Shown one piece after another: positions 46,515 to 57,065 of a stretch of 64,000 nucleotides of DNA. Made by a program: the position numbers and the translations under genes. This stretch comes from Candidatus Saccharimonadota bacterium. GTDB taxonomy: Bacteria; Patescibacteriota; Saccharimonadia; CAILAD01; BJGX01. Below the pieces are notes generated by a model, which saw only the letters and a program-made list of their open reading frames with translations, did no database searches and was not told the origin of the DNA. Every line of letters starts with the position of its first letter. Within the stretch, counting starts at the first letter, position 1. The stretch spans positions 66,667 to 130,666 of the forward strand of contig JACPPH010000008.1 of assembly GCA_016191105.1 (NCBI GenBank). Direction: 5' to 3'.

Positions 46515-48365
46515 ATGAAAAGAATACCCAAGAACGTTATCTATATAGTTTTAGGTTTGCTAGTAATTGGTGCCTTTTTGTATTTCTCAACTACCACTCC
46601 TCAAAAACCCGCCCAAGTTAGCTTGAGCAAGGTTATTGATCAGGCTAACCAAGGCCAAGTAGAAAGCATTGAGCTTACCGGCGACCAGCTCGTAATAAAT
46701 CTGAAAGACGGCAGCAAAGAACAGGCTTTCAAAGAAAGCAACACCAGCCTCAAAGACTACGGCATAGACTACAATAAAGTAAAAGTTGAACCCAAGAATC
46801 CAAACGACGGCTCGGGCAAATGGATCGACATTGCGCTGGCCTTTATTCCAGTTTTGCTAATAATTGGCTTTTTTTACTTTATAATGCGCCAAGCTCAAGG
46901 GTCTAACAACCAGGCTATGAGCTTTGGTAAATCCAAAGCCAGAGTTTTTGGCATGGAAAAAGAGAAAGTTAAGTTTGCCGATGTGGCTGGTGCTATTGAG
47001 GCTAAGACTGAGCTGCAAGAGATTGTGGAGTTTTTGAAGTACCCTGGCAAATTTGAAGCCTTGGGTGCCAAGATTCCCAAGGGCGTGCTGTTGTTTGGTA
47101 GCCCGGGTACTGGTAAGACCTTACTGGCTCGCGCTGTTGCCGGTGAGGCCGATGTGCCATTCTTTAGCATATCTGGTTCGGAATTTGTGGAGATGTTTGT
47201 AGGGGTGGGTGCTAGCCGCGTGCGTGATTTATTTAACAAGGCCAAAAAGAATGCGCCCTGCATAATCTTTATTGACGAGATCGATGCAGTTGGTCGCCAG
47301 CGTGGCACTGGCCTGGGTGGTGGTCACGATGAGCGCGAGCAAACCCTGAATCAAATTTTGGTTGAAATGGACGGTTTTGAACAAGGCACCAATGTGATAG
47401 TAATGGCAGCTACCAACCGCCCCGATGTGCTCGACCCAGCCTTACTTCGACCAGGTCGCTTTGACCGTCGCATTACCCTCGACGCTCCCGACATGAAAGC
47501 CCGTGAAGAGATTCTGGAGGTTCACACCAAAAACAAGCCACTCGAGGCCGAGGTTAAGTTACGCGAGATTGCTCGCAAAACCCCCGGCGTTTCGGGAGCC
47601 GATTTGGCCAATATTGCCAACGAAGCTGCTATTTTGGCTGCTCGCCAAAACCGTAAAAAGGTTAGTCAGGCCGATCTGCACGAGGCAGTCGAAAAAGTTG
47701 CTTTGGGCCCAGAGCGCAAGAGCCACATTCTAAACGACGAAGAAAAGAAAATCACGGCTTATCACGAGGCTGGCCATGCCTTGCTGAGTCATCTATTGGC
47801 GCACTGCCATTCGGTTCACAAAGTTAGCATTGTTAGTCGCGGTATGGCCGGCGGTGTTACTTGGAGCCTGCCAGAAGAAGATAAGCATCTGCACTCGGTG
47901 GCGGATTTCAAAGATGACATTGCTATGAGCTTAGGTGGACGCACGGCCGAAAAAATTGTGTTCAACGAAATTACCACTGGAGCTGAAAGTGATCTGAAGC
48001 ATGCCAACGAGCTGGCTCGCCGAATGGTGACCGAATATGGCATGACCGATAGTCTCAAGAATCGCTTCTTTGGCGAGGTCGATAATTCGATATTCCTGGG
48101 GCGCACCATGGGCGAAGGCCGACAATATTCCGAAGAGATTGCCTCTAAGATAGATAACGAAGTAGCCAAGATTATCGACGAAGGCAGCCAGCGTGCCAGC
48201 GAGGTGATTACCAAGAATCGCCAGCAACTCGATTTGATTGCTAAGACTTTGATAGAAAAAGAAACTCTTGAGGGGCCAGAGTTCGAAAAACTTTTTGCTA
48301 GTCTAGACAAAAAAGCTCCACCCAAAGACATCGACACGGCACTCGGCCCGCACCAAGAAGTTTAG
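46515..48365 (+). CDS. ftsH: ATP-dependent zinc metalloprotease FtsH
   Basis: [29 protein letters not shown] and HEAGHAL motifs. Confidence 0.95.
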   Translation: MKRIPKNVIYIVLGLLVIGAFLYFSTTTPQKPAQVSLSKVIDQANQGQVESIELTGDQLVINLKDGSKEQAFKESNTSLKDYGIDYNKVKVEPKNPNDGSGKWIDIALAFIPVLLIIGFFYFIMRQAQGSNNQAMSFGKSKARVFGMEKEKVKFADVAGAIEAKTELQEIVEFLKYPGKFEALGAKIPKGVLLFGSPGTGKTLLARAVAGEADVPFFSISGSEFVEMFVGVGASRVRDLFNKAKKNAPCIIFIDEIDAVGRQRGTGLGGGHDEREQTLNQILVEMDGFEQGTNVIVMAATNRPDVLDPALLRPGRFDRRITLDAPDMKAREEILEVHTKNKPLEAEVKLREIARKTPGVSGADLANIANEAAILAARQNRKKVSQADLHEAVEKVALGPERKSHILNDEEKKITAYHEAGHALLSHLLAHCHSVHKVSIVSRGMAGGVTWSLPEEDKHLHSVADFKDDIAMSLGGRTAEKIVFNEITTGAESDLKHANELARRMVTEYGMTDSLKNRFFGEVDNSIFLGRTMGEGRQYSEEIASKIDNEVAKIIDEGSQRASEVITKNRQQLDLIAKTLIEKETLEGPEFEKLFASLDKKAPPKDIDTALGPHQEV

Positions 48366-48435
48366 GCGGTTATGCTCGGCTTAGGTCTATCTGATTTAAT
48401 AATCAGCCTACTCCTGATATAATAACTAACACGCG

Positions 48436-50034
48436 ATGAACAACATTCTAAAAAAGATCAACAAATCGCGCACGCTCGGAGTAGCGGCCTTTTTAATTTC
48501 ACTTAGTTATTTACTAAGTAGAGTTTTGGGTTTATTGCGCGATCGTATGTTGGCAGCTAACTTTGGTGTATCTGCCAGTACCGATGCCTACACGGCTGCT
48601 TTTCGAATCCCGGACCTTTTATTTACCCTGCTTGTGTCGGGAGCCTTTGCTGTAGCTTTCATACCAGTTTTTATTGGCCACATTGAGAAAAAACAACAGC
48701 AAGAGGCCTGGCATATGACCAACGCTTTAACCACCTTACTGTTGTTAGCTACAACTATCTTTGGGCTGTTGGCGTTTATCTTTGCCAACCCGCTGGTAAG
48801 TCTTTTAACGCCCGGCTTCAATGCCCAGCAGCACGCACTAACTGTTACCTTGGCACGCATAATGCTGGTTACACCAACTCTGTTTGCCCTAGCCAGCGTG
48901 TTTGGTGGTATCCAGCAATCTTTTAATAGGTTTGCGCTGTTTGCTTTTGCAAGCGTCTTTTATAACGTTGGTATAATTATCGGCATTTTGTTGGCGCCTA
49001 AGCTATTTCCGGCTCACCCCATATATGGCGTTGCCTGGGGGGTTGTTGGTGGTACAGTCATGCAGGCCGTGATCCAGTTTTTGGGCACGCTGGGTTTAGG
49101 CTGGCGCTTTAGCTTTAGTCTCGACTTCTTAAATAAAGATGTTATTCAGGTGGTTAAGCTTATGGTACCACGCTCGCTAGATCTTGGGATCGATCAGGTT
49201 AATTGGATTATCCAGACCGCAATTGCCTCACGGCTAACAACCGGTAGCCTGGCGGCCTATTACTATGCCAATAACCTTAAAAATGTGCCGGTAGCGCTAT
49301 TTGGCTCAGCAATTGCAACCGCAGCTTTCCCAAGTTTAATAAGAGCTGTAAAGTCTAAGGATAAGTCCCATCTCCCAGCTATTTTGGTACGCGACATTGG
49401 CTACATTCTGTTTCTAACCATACCATCGGCAGCTATTGCGGTAGTTATGCGCGGCTATATAGTGCGCCTGCTTTTTGGCTTTGGCGACCAAGCCACCGCC
49501 GACACCCTTGGCTGGTTAGCGGGCGTAATCATTGCCCAGAGCCTATATTTCATGGTGGCCCGGGTATTTTATGCCTTCGAAAATACGATAACACCACTTT
49601 TAACCAGCTTATCTTCGATTGTGATCAACATAATTTTGAGTTTTGTATTGTCGGCTAAATTTGGGATCTCGGGCATGGCAATAGCACTGTCGATATCAAC
49701 GCTATACGAGCTAGTTTTGCTTGTCGTAATCCTTCAGGTTCGCTATAAGCATATTGGCCTTAAGTCAATACTAATTAAATTTGCTAAGATTTCATTGGCT
49801 AGTGCGGCTATGACATCTGTACTGTATTACCTGGTGAGTCAGATATTACCACTCTACAAAAACGATGTTGGGTTTACGAATATTGCACCAAAATTTATGA
49901 TTCTATCGGTTGTAGGTATTGGGGTCTACCTCGGGGTGGCTAAGGTGCTCAGGCTCAAAGAGGTCGATAAGGTTATCAAAAAAGCTCTGCATCCATTGCG
50001 TCGGGTAAGGCGATTGTATGGATCGAATTCGTAA
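48436..50034 (+). CDS. murJ: lipid II flippase MurJ
   Basis: SRVLGLLRDRMLAANFGVSASTDAYTAAFRIPDLLF N-terminus and 14-TM topology. Confidence 0.85.
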   Translation: MNNILKKINKSRTLGVAAFLISLSYLLSRVLGLLRDRMLAANFGVSASTDAYTAAFRIPDLLFTLLVSGAFAVAFIPVFIGHIEKKQQQEAWHMTNALTTLLLLATTIFGLLAFIFANPLVSLLTPGFNAQQHALTVTLARIMLVTPTLFALASVFGGIQQSFNRFALFAFASVFYNVGIIIGILLAPKLFPAHPIYGVAWGVVGGTVMQAVIQFLGTLGLGWRFSFSLDFLNKDVIQVVKLMVPRSLDLGIDQVNWIIQTAIASRLTTGSLAAYYYANNLKNVPVALFGSAIATAAFPSLIRAVKSKDKSHLPAILVRDIGYILFLTIPSAAIAVVMRGYIVRLLFGFGDQATADTLGWLAGVIIAQSLYFMVARVFYAFENTITPLLTSLSSIVINIILSFVLSAKFGISGMAIALSISTLYELVLLVVILQVRYKHIGLKSILIKFAKISLASAAMTSVLYYLVSQILPLYKNDVGFTNIAPKFMILSVVGIGVYLGVAKVLRLKEVDKVIKKALHPLRRVRRLYGSNS

Positions 50035-51793
50035 CTTTTGCATTATTGCTCATATTGATCATGGCAAGAGCACTTTGGCTGATCGCATGTTGGAATTAAC
50101 AGGTACCGTTCAGGCTCGCGAAATGAAGGCCCAGTTGCTCGACCAAATGGATCTGGAAAGAGAGAAGGGTATAACCATTAAGCTCCAGCCGGTACGCATG
50201 AACTGGCAAGCTCACCAGTTGAACCTAATTGACACTCCCGGCCACGTCGACTTTAGCTATGAGGTTAGTCGCAGCCTAGCGGCCTGCGAAGGCGCAATCT
50301 TAGTGGTTGATGCCGCCCAAGGCATTCAGGCTCAAACCTTGGCCAACGTTTACTTGGCTTTAGAGGCTAACCTAACGATTATTCCAGTATTAAATAAGAT
50401 TGATTTGCCTGCTGCCGAACCCGAGCGAGTCGCCAAAGAGATATCGGCTCTCTTGGGTTGTGAGCCAAGCGATGTTTTGCGAATTTCTGCCAAAGAGGGA
50501 ACTGGAGTAACGGAGCTTATAGATAGAGTGATCGAGCATGTACCACCACCGTCCGGTCAACCAGACAAGCCAACTAGGGCTCTAATTTTTGACTCGGTAT
50601 ACGATGAATATCGGGGGGTCATACTTTATATAAGACTCATCGATGGTGAGCTAAAAAAGGGTCAAGATTTGTTTTTGATGGCATCTGGTAAAAATACTTT
50701 AGCCGTTGATATTGGGTACTTTAGCCCCCAACTTACATCCGATGCGATCATACACTGTGGGCAAATTGGCTATATTGCAACCAATCTAAAAACAACGGCC
50801 GATGCTCGGGTGGGGGATACGGTAACAGACTCAAAGCTACATTCGCCGGAGGCTCTGCCGGGATACAAGAAAGTGCAGCCCTATGTATATGCTGGTTTCT
50901 TCCCGGCTTCGGCCGAGGATTATCCGAGTCTGAAAGATGCTATCGAGAAGCTTACGCTTAACGATTCGGCTCTTGCGTATGAACCCGAGAATTCACAGGT
51001 CTTAGGCTATGGTTTTCGCCTGGGCTTCTTGGGTTTGTTACATCTGGATATTGTAAAAGCTCGGCTTGAGCGAGAGTATGGGTTAAGCTTGGTGGTTACC
51101 AACCCCAGCGTTGACTACAAGGTTAAACTCATAAATGGCGACGAAGTTGATATAAAAAGTGCTTCTGAGCTTCCTGAGCCAACCCGCATTTCTGAGATTC
51201 AAGAGCCATGGATCAAGGGCGAGATAATTGTGCCAAGTGGCTACGTTGGCTCGGTTATACAACTTATAAATTCGGTTCGCGGGATTCAAAAAGACTTGAG
51301 TTACATTGATCAAACACTGGCGCTTGTAAATTTTGAAGCACCGCTAGCTAATGTGTTAACAGATTTTTATGATGATCTTAAAAGCGTTACCTCTGGTTAC
51401 GGCTCATTTAATTACGAACTAATGGGTTATCGGCCTGAAGACTTGGTTAAGGTAGATGTTTTGGTTGCCGGCGAGTTAGTAGACAGCCTAAGCCTAATGG
51501 TTCACCGCTCAGAATCACTTAGTGTTGGCCGTAAGGTAATCGATAAACTCAAAGACGTTATTCCGCGCCAATTATTTGAGGTTAGCCTGCAGGCCGCCAT
51601 AGGCGCTAAGATAATCGCGCGCGAAGATGTTAAAGCTCTGGGTAAAAATGTAACTGCCAAACTATATGGCGGCGACATCTCGCGCAAAAAGAAGCTTTGG
51701 GCCAAGCAAAAAGAAGGCAAAAAACGCCTCAAAAAGATTGGTCAGGTCGATATTCCGCCCGAGGCCTTTATGGTAATGCTAAAAAAAGACTAA
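50018..51793 (+). CDS. lepA: elongation factor 4
   Basis: IRNFCIIAHIDHGKSTLADR and LIDTPGHVDF motifs, 591 aa. Confidence 0.95.
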   Translation: MDRIRNFCIIAHIDHGKSTLADRMLELTGTVQAREMKAQLLDQMDLEREKGITIKLQPVRMNWQAHQLNLIDTPGHVDFSYEVSRSLAACEGAILVVDAAQGIQAQTLANVYLALEANLTIIPVLNKIDLPAAEPERVAKEISALLGCEPSDVLRISAKEGTGVTELIDRVIEHVPPPSGQPDKPTRALIFDSVYDEYRGVILYIRLIDGELKKGQDLFLMASGKNTLAVDIGYFSPQLTSDAIIHCGQIGYIATNLKTTADARVGDTVTDSKLHSPEALPGYKKVQPYVYAGFFPASAEDYPSLKDAIEKLTLNDSALAYEPENSQVLGYGFRLGFLGLLHLDIVKARLEREYGLSLVVTNPSVDYKVKLINGDEVDIKSASELPEPTRISEIQEPWIKGEIIVPSGYVGSVIQLINSVRGIQKDLSYIDQTLALVNFEAPLANVLTDFYDDLKSVTSGYGSFNYELMGYRPEDLVKVDVLVAGELVDSLSLMVHRSESLSVGRKVIDKLKDVIPRQLFEVSLQAAIGAKIIAREDVKALGKNVTAKLYGGDISRKKKLWAKQKEGKKRLKKIGQVDIPPEAFMVMLKKD

Positions 51794-51841
51794 CTACTTA
51801 CGCTTGAGCTTGTACGGCTTTTGTGCGTATAATTATTTGCA

Positions 51842-52081
51842 ATGGCAAAGGAATCTGCAGTCAAAAAACAAGCTAAGTCTCACGAGGCTTTTCTGGTGGT
51901 ATTGGTAGTTATTTTATTGGTATTAACGATTTCTGGCTGGCTCATGTACTACTTTAGAAATCAAAAGGCCAATCAAGATGAGCAAGCCGCTCAAGAGAAT
52001 ACCCAGCAGTTAGAAGCTAAAGTTAAGTCTTTCGAGCAAAATCAGCAAAACAAGTTCTTGAACGAAGAAAATTCTGAATAG
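51842..52081 (+). CDS. small membrane/coiled-coil protein (hypothetical)
   Basis: One TM helix then a Gln-rich coiled coil. Confidence 0.4.
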   Translation: MAKESAVKKQAKSHEAFLVVLVVILLVLTISGWLMYYFRNQKANQDEQAAQENTQQLEAKVKSFEQNQQNKFLNEENSE

Positions 52082-52138
52082 CAATTTGCAATTTTATTGC
52101 ACGAGTGCCAAAATAAGCATAAGTAATAAGGACTTACT

Positions 52139-52771
52139 ATGCCCCCAGCTCAAGACCCACAAGCAACTCCGCTAGAAGTGCCGCCAGCAAACACCATGAG
52201 TTTGCCACCCAAGAGAGGTGCAGGCAAAACTTTTCTGGTGGTGCTAGTGATTGTTGCCTTGGTTTTGGCCTCGGTCGGTGGTGTTTACTATTTTATGAAC
52301 CAGAAATCCAAGCAGCAACAAGCCGCACTACAAAGCCAGGTCAACGACTTGAATAACCAGATTCAAGATTTGCAATCTAAAAACAAGACACTACAAAACC
52401 AGATTAATGTTGATCTCGATACCCAAGTGGCCATCAATAAGGCCATAAAGGGTTTCTACGACGACTGGATTAAAGGCGCCAATGCTAATCCTCCAGTAGC
52501 CAAAAACACCTTGGCCTCCCAGGCCATTAACAAAGGCTATATAAATGCCACAGTACAGAGTTACATTAACAAATCAAATGGTAATCCAGACCCAGCTACT
52601 TGTGCGGCCACAACCGTAAAAAGTTATCAATACACCGAGCTAACCAAAGACAACAATACGTCTACGGCAACTGTCAACTTCGATCTGAATAACGGCGACA
52701 AATCCAAGGCCAAGCTAAACTTAATACCTCAGGGCTCAACCTGGGTGATTAGCCAAATTACTTGCGGGTAG
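52139..52771 (+). CDS. membrane-anchored hypothetical protein with coiled-coil
   Basis: One TM helix, then a QQQAALQSQVNDLNNQIQDLQ coiled coil and a globular domain. Confidence 0.45.
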   Translation: MPPAQDPQATPLEVPPANTMSLPPKRGAGKTFLVVLVIVALVLASVGGVYYFMNQKSKQQQAALQSQVNDLNNQIQDLQSKNKTLQNQINVDLDTQVAINKAIKGFYDDWIKGANANPPVAKNTLASQAINKGYINATVQSYINKSNGNPDPATCAATTVKSYQYTELTKDNNTSTATVNFDLNNGDKSKAKLNLIPQGSTWVISQITCG

Positions 52772-52788
52772 GCATCGTAAAAAGTTAA

Positions 52789-52815
52789 TTAGCACTCTTG
52801 ACATGAGAGTGCTAA
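52789..52815. promoter_or_regulatory. CIRCE element (HrcA operator), perfect TTAGCACTC-N9-GAGTGCTAA, overlapping a TTGACA-16-TATATA promoter
   Basis: ttagcactc ttgacatga gagtgctaa. The -35 TTGACA lies within the spacer. Confidence 0.85.
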
Positions 52816-52834
52816 TTTTTATATACTAAATTTG

Positions 52835-52861
52835 TCAGCACTCGACAGTGTTGACTGCTAG
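52835..52861. promoter_or_regulatory. second, degenerate CIRCE-like repeat
   Basis: TCAGCACTC-gacagtgtt-GACTGCTAG, matching 15 of the 18 consensus positions. Confidence 0.5.
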
Positions 52862-52893
52862 TTGGTAGACGTACTAAACTAGAGTAAATCGTC

Positions 52894-53607
52894 ATGACAG
52901 ATAGACAAGAACGAATCTTATCGGAAATCATCCGCCTGTATGCGGATTCAGCCGAGCCAGTTAGCTCTCGTGAGCTTGCCAAAGCTTTCGAGCTTAGTTC
53001 CGCGACTATCCGGACTGAGATGCTAAAGCTCGAAGAATTGGGCTGTATTTACCAACCCCACATATCTGCTGGCAGGGTGCCTACCGACAAAGGATACCGT
53101 TACTTTGTAAACAATTTAACCGATTCATCCACGCAAGTGGAATTCCCATCGAGTCGGAGCTTCCAAACCATCACCAAGCGAGTCGATTCGCTCAAGGATC
53201 GAGCCGACGGTGCAATCAAAATTGCCGCCGAAACCTTGAGCGATCTGACTGGCAACATGGCTTTTGCTACCCTGAGCGATGCCGTGTACCTGCATGGCCT
53301 TAGCCAATTATTTAGCCAACCTGAATTTTTAGATCAAGCAGCCTCGGCTGGAGCGGCTAAGTTTTTGGACAGCTTGCAGCAATGGTTGTTCGAGAAACAT
53401 TTAGATCAGACACAGGTATTTATTGGTCGCGAGAACCCAATCGCCAAAACTAGTAATCTTACCATGGTGGTAAATCGGTTTTCTGGCCCCTACTCCGACA
53501 GCAGCTACATAGGAATTGTTGGTCCAACTCGGCAAAGTTACGACAAGGTCATTAACTTAGTAGGTGCAACCAGTAAAGCCCTAGAAGAAGTCTTTAGCGA
53601 AGCTTAA
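52894..53607 (+). CDS. hrcA: heat-inducible transcription repressor HrcA (short form)
   Basis: N-terminal winged-helix ERILSEIIRLYADSAEPVSSRELAK and position upstream of grpE-dnaK. At 237 aa it is shorter than typical HrcA. Confidence 0.75.
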   Translation: MTDRQERILSEIIRLYADSAEPVSSRELAKAFELSSATIRTEMLKLEELGCIYQPHISAGRVPTDKGYRYFVNNLTDSSTQVEFPSSRSFQTITKRVDSLKDRADGAIKIAAETLSDLTGNMAFATLSDAVYLHGLSQLFSQPEFLDQAASAGAAKFLDSLQQWLFEKHLDQTQVFIGRENPIAKTSNLTMVVNRFSGPYSDSSYIGIVGPTRQSYDKVINLVGATSKALEEVFSEA

Positions 53608-53608
53608 T

Positions 53609-54118
53609 ATGAAATCTGATAAAAATCCTAAACCAGCTAAAAAAGCCAAGCCATTCGCCAGCCGGCGGACTGCGGCAGAATACGAACAACAGATTGGCGA
53701 GCTAACAATTCACTTGCAACGTCTGCAGGCCGAATTCGAAAATTATAAAAAGCGCGAAGCTGCTCAAAAAGCCGAACTTATGAATGGTGCCAAAGAGGCC
53801 GTTTTAGCAGAATTGCTGCCAGCACTCGATAATTTTGACCGCGCAGCCACACATTTACCTGCTGAGCTAGAAAACAACGCTTGGGCCAAGGGTATGCAAT
53901 ATGTTGGCCAGCAACTTATTGATCTGCTCGATAGCATGGGTGTGCATAAGTTTGCACCACAAACGGGTGAGCAGTTCAACGCCGCTCGGCACGACGCGCT
54001 AGACCACATTAAAAGCAAGAAGCCGGCCGACACAATTGTAGAAGTTGTAACGCCGGGTTATGAAATTAATCAAAAAGTAGTTCGAGCAGCTACGGTAAAA
54101 GTAAGTAAAGGAGAATAG
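53609..54118 (+). CDS. grpE: nucleotide exchange factor GrpE
   Basis: Coiled-coil N-terminus, [10 protein letters not shown] motif and C-terminal beta domain. Confidence 0.85.
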   Translation: MKSDKNPKPAKKAKPFASRRTAAEYEQQIGELTIHLQRLQAEFENYKKREAAQKAELMNGAKEAVLAELLPALDNFDRAATHLPAELENNAWAKGMQYVGQQLIDLLDSMGVHKFAPQTGEQFNAARHDALDHIKSKKPADTIVEVVTPGYEINQKVVRAATVKVSKGE

Positions 54119-54120
54119 TT

Positions 54121-56040
54121 ATGAGTAAAATTATTGGAATTGACTTAGGTACCACCAACTCAGCCATGGCGGTTATGGAGGGCGGTGACCCAACAATTAT
54201 TACCAATGTCGAGGGGGCTCGTACTACCCCCAGTATGGTGGCGATTAATAAAAACGGTGAACGGCTGGTGGGCCAGACCGCCAAGCGCCAAGCCGTGATT
54301 AACCCCGACAACACAATCTTTAGTGTTAAGCGCCTAATTGGCCGAACCTTCGATGATCCCGAAGTTCAGCGCGATATCGAGCTCATGCCCTACAAAATCG
54401 TAAAGGCCGACGGCCATGTAAAAGTTAAAATGGGCGACAAAGAATATACGCCCGAAGAAATCAGCGCTATGATTTTGGGTAAACTCAAAGCCGACGCCGA
54501 AAAATACTTGGGTCAGCCAGTAACCGAGGCCGTTATTACTGTGCCGGCTTACTTTAACGATGCTCAACGACAAGCCACCAAAGATGCCGGCAAGATCGCT
54601 GGCCTCGAAGTCAAACGAATTATCAATGAACCCACTGCCGCCGCCCTAGCCTACGGTCTCGAAAAGAACAAAGAAGAAAAAGTGGTGGTATACGACCTTG
54701 GTGGTGGTACGTTCGATGTTTCGGTGCTTGAGCTGGGTGACGGTGTGTTTGAAGTTAAAAGCACCAATGGCGATACCCACTTAGGTGGTGACGACTTCGA
54801 TCTAGTGCTCATTAACTGGCTGATCGATGAGTTCAAAAAAGACCAAGGGATTGATCTAAAAGCCGACAAAGCGGCTATGCAGCGACTAAAAGAGGCGGCC
54901 GAAAAAGCCAAGATCGAGCTTAGCACAACTACCGAGACCAATATTAACATTCCATTTGTTACGGCCGATGCTAGCGGACCCAAGCACTTAGACATTACCC
55001 TAACCCGCGCCCAGTTCGAGAAGGTGGTTATGGACTTGGTCGACAAAACACTCAAGCCATGTGAGGCAGCTCTAAAAGATGCCGGCCTCAAAAAAGCAGA
55101 CATTAACGAAGTAATTATGGTGGGCGGCATGACCCGTATGCCGTTAGTGCAAAAAAAGGTTGAGGAGTTCTTTGGCAAAAAACCACTGCAGGGCGTGAAC
55201 CCAGACGAGGTAGTAGCCATTGGCGCAGCTATTCAAGGTGGTGTGCTGGGCGGCGACGTTAAAGACGTGTTGCTACTCGACGTCACCCCTCTATCACTCG
55301 GCCTAGAAACATTGGGTGGTGTAAGTACCAAGCTAATTGAGCGCAACACCACCATTCCAACCAGCAAGAGTCAGGTATTTAGCACCGCAGCCGACAATCA
55401 GCCCAGTGTAGAGATCAACGTTTTGCAAGGCGATCGCGAAATGGCTACCGACAACAAATCTTTAGGTCGGTTTGTGCTCGACGGCATTCCACCTGCTCCG
55501 CGGGGTGTGCCACAAATCGAAGTTAGCTTTAACATCGATGCCAACGGTATTGTAAATGTTAGCGCCAAAGACAAGGGTACCGGCAAAGAACAGCACATTA
55601 CCATTACTGGGGGCGGTAACCTAAGCGACGAGGATATCAAGAAGATGCAGCAAGATGCCGAAGCCCACGCTGATGAGGATAAAAAGAAGAAAGAGCAAGT
55701 AGAGGCTCGCAACAATGCCGACACCCTAATTTACACTGCCGAGAAGACTTTGAAAGATGCTGGTGATAAGGCTAAGGAAGAAGATAAGAAGGCTGTTGAG
55801 GATGCCACTAAGGCATTGAAAGATAAACTCGAGACCGACGATGTCGAAGAGCTCAAGAAGCTTACTGAAGATTTGAATACAAAACTGCAAAAAGTTGGCG
55901 CTGCCATGTACGAAGCCGAGGCCAAAGAGGCTGAAAGCAAAGAAGGTGATAAGGCCGACCAAAAGGGTGATGATAAAAATCCGCCAGCCGGCGGAGAGCC
56001 CGAAGAAGGCGAGGTAGTCGACGAGAAAGATAAGAAGTAA
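54121..56040 (+). CDS. dnaK: molecular chaperone DnaK
   Basis: [18 protein letters not shown] and [12 protein letters not shown] motifs. Confidence 0.97.
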   Translation: MSKIIGIDLGTTNSAMAVMEGGDPTIITNVEGARTTPSMVAINKNGERLVGQTAKRQAVINPDNTIFSVKRLIGRTFDDPEVQRDIELMPYKIVKADGHVKVKMGDKEYTPEEISAMILGKLKADAEKYLGQPVTEAVITVPAYFNDAQRQATKDAGKIAGLEVKRIINEPTAAALAYGLEKNKEEKVVVYDLGGGTFDVSVLELGDGVFEVKSTNGDTHLGGDDFDLVLINWLIDEFKKDQGIDLKADKAAMQRLKEAAEKAKIELSTTTETNINIPFVTADASGPKHLDITLTRAQFEKVVMDLVDKTLKPCEAALKDAGLKKADINEVIMVGGMTRMPLVQKKVEEFFGKKPLQGVNPDEVVAIGAAIQGGVLGGDVKDVLLLDVTPLSLGLETLGGVSTKLIERNTTIPTSKSQVFSTAADNQPSVEINVLQGDREMATDNKSLGRFVLDGIPPAPRGVPQIEVSFNIDANGIVNVSAKDKGTGKEQHITITGGGNLSDEDIKKMQQDAEAHADEDKKKKEQVEARNNADTLIYTAEKTLKDAGDKAKEEDKKAVEDATKALKDKLETDDVEELKKLTEDLNTKLQKVGAAMYEAEAKEAESKEGDKADQKGDDKNPPAGGEPEEGEVVDEKDKK

Positions 56041-56451
56041 GTGGCTCACAACACCTACGCAGTTCCCATATCATGTAAGGGCATTGTTTTTGAGGGTGGC
56101 CAGGTGTGGCTCCGCAAAAACGAGAGAGGTGAGTGGGAGCTGCCCGGGGGTAAACTAGACGAGGGTGAGCAGCCGCAAGAAACAGTTAAGCGTGAGATGC
56201 TCGAGGAGCTTGGGCTAAAAGTTTCGGTTGGTGAAATTACCAGTTCTTATCTTTACACCATCAAGGTTAGCGAAGATGAAAAGCGTGGTGTTTTGGTCAT
56301 AAGCTACTCGTGCAAGTTCATCAAACGAACTGGCGATGTTGAGCATAACGGTGAAGCTGGGCATGCAGAATTTAAGAAGTTTGACCCTATGGAGATCGAT
56401 TCGCTGAACATGCCAGAATTTTACAAAGAAGCAATCAAGAAAGTATCATAG
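56041..56451 (+). CDS. NUDIX hydrolase
   Basis: Nudix box GGKLDEGEQPQETVKREMLEELG. GTG start abuts the dnaK stop. Confidence 0.7.
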   Translation: MAHNTYAVPISCKGIVFEGGQVWLRKNERGEWELPGGKLDEGEQPQETVKREMLEELGLKVSVGEITSSYLYTIKVSEDEKRGVLVISYSCKFIKRTGDVEHNGEAGHAEFKKFDPMEIDSLNMPEFYKEAIKKVS

Positions 56452-56459
56452 GACTAAAG

Positions 56460-57065
56460 ATGAATAAACTGCCCGCCAATATATACATCGATGGCGAAAA
56501 CCTGCTTTATGGTTTGTTGCCAGTTTTATTGCAAGAGAAGTTGGTGACCGAACGAGCGGATTTGGTTAAATTCGATCTCATATCGCTATTTATAGAGGCT
56601 ACCAAAGATAATGCCAAGCCAATCAAGATATTTTACTATGGCACCAAACCACACATCGTAAAAGACATGGGCGAGGAGGCGCTTGAGGCCTCAACCAAGA
56701 TGCATGAGCACAAACAAGCTTGGGGCGAATGGCTCGATAAACAGCAAATACTTTATATAACCGCAGGCAACCTAAAAGCGCGGCAAAAAAAAGAAGGCGT
56801 GGTGTTTCAAGAAAAGGGTGTTGATGTTCGCTTGGCCGTTGATATGGTTAAACAGGCTTATGAAGGACCCAAAATGAACTTTGTGGTGGCCAGCTCCGAC
56901 TCCGACATCATCCCAGCCTTGCGAGTAGTTAAAGAAAAGGGGCACAACATAACCTATGTGGCTATGCCGGGCGGGCAGAACCGGGCCATTAGTGCCCATG
57001 CCGACAAAACAATTATTCTCAAACGCCAAGCTATAGTTGATGGCTATAAAGAAGTAAATAGTTAA
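56460..57065 (+). CDS. NYN-domain (LabA/YacP-like) protein
   Basis: NIYIDGENLLY and VVASSDSDIIPAL motifs. Confidence 0.6.
   Translation: MNKLPANIYIDGENLLYGLLPVLLQEKLVTERADLVKFDLISLFIEATKDNAKPIKIFYYGTKPHIVKDMGEEALEASTKMHEHKQAWGEWLDKQQILYITAGNLKARQKKEGVVFQEKGVDVRLAVDMVKQAYEGPKMNFVVASSDSDIIPALRVVKEKGHNITYVAMPGGQNRAISAHADKTIILKRQAIVDGYKEVNS

Noticed and set aside
21876-56451. Three NUDIX hydrolase genes (21876, 23325, 56041) as a coordinated system
   Set aside because: They are dispersed, sit in different operon contexts and have divergent sequences. Multiple NUDIX paralogs are common, so this was noted only as gene content.
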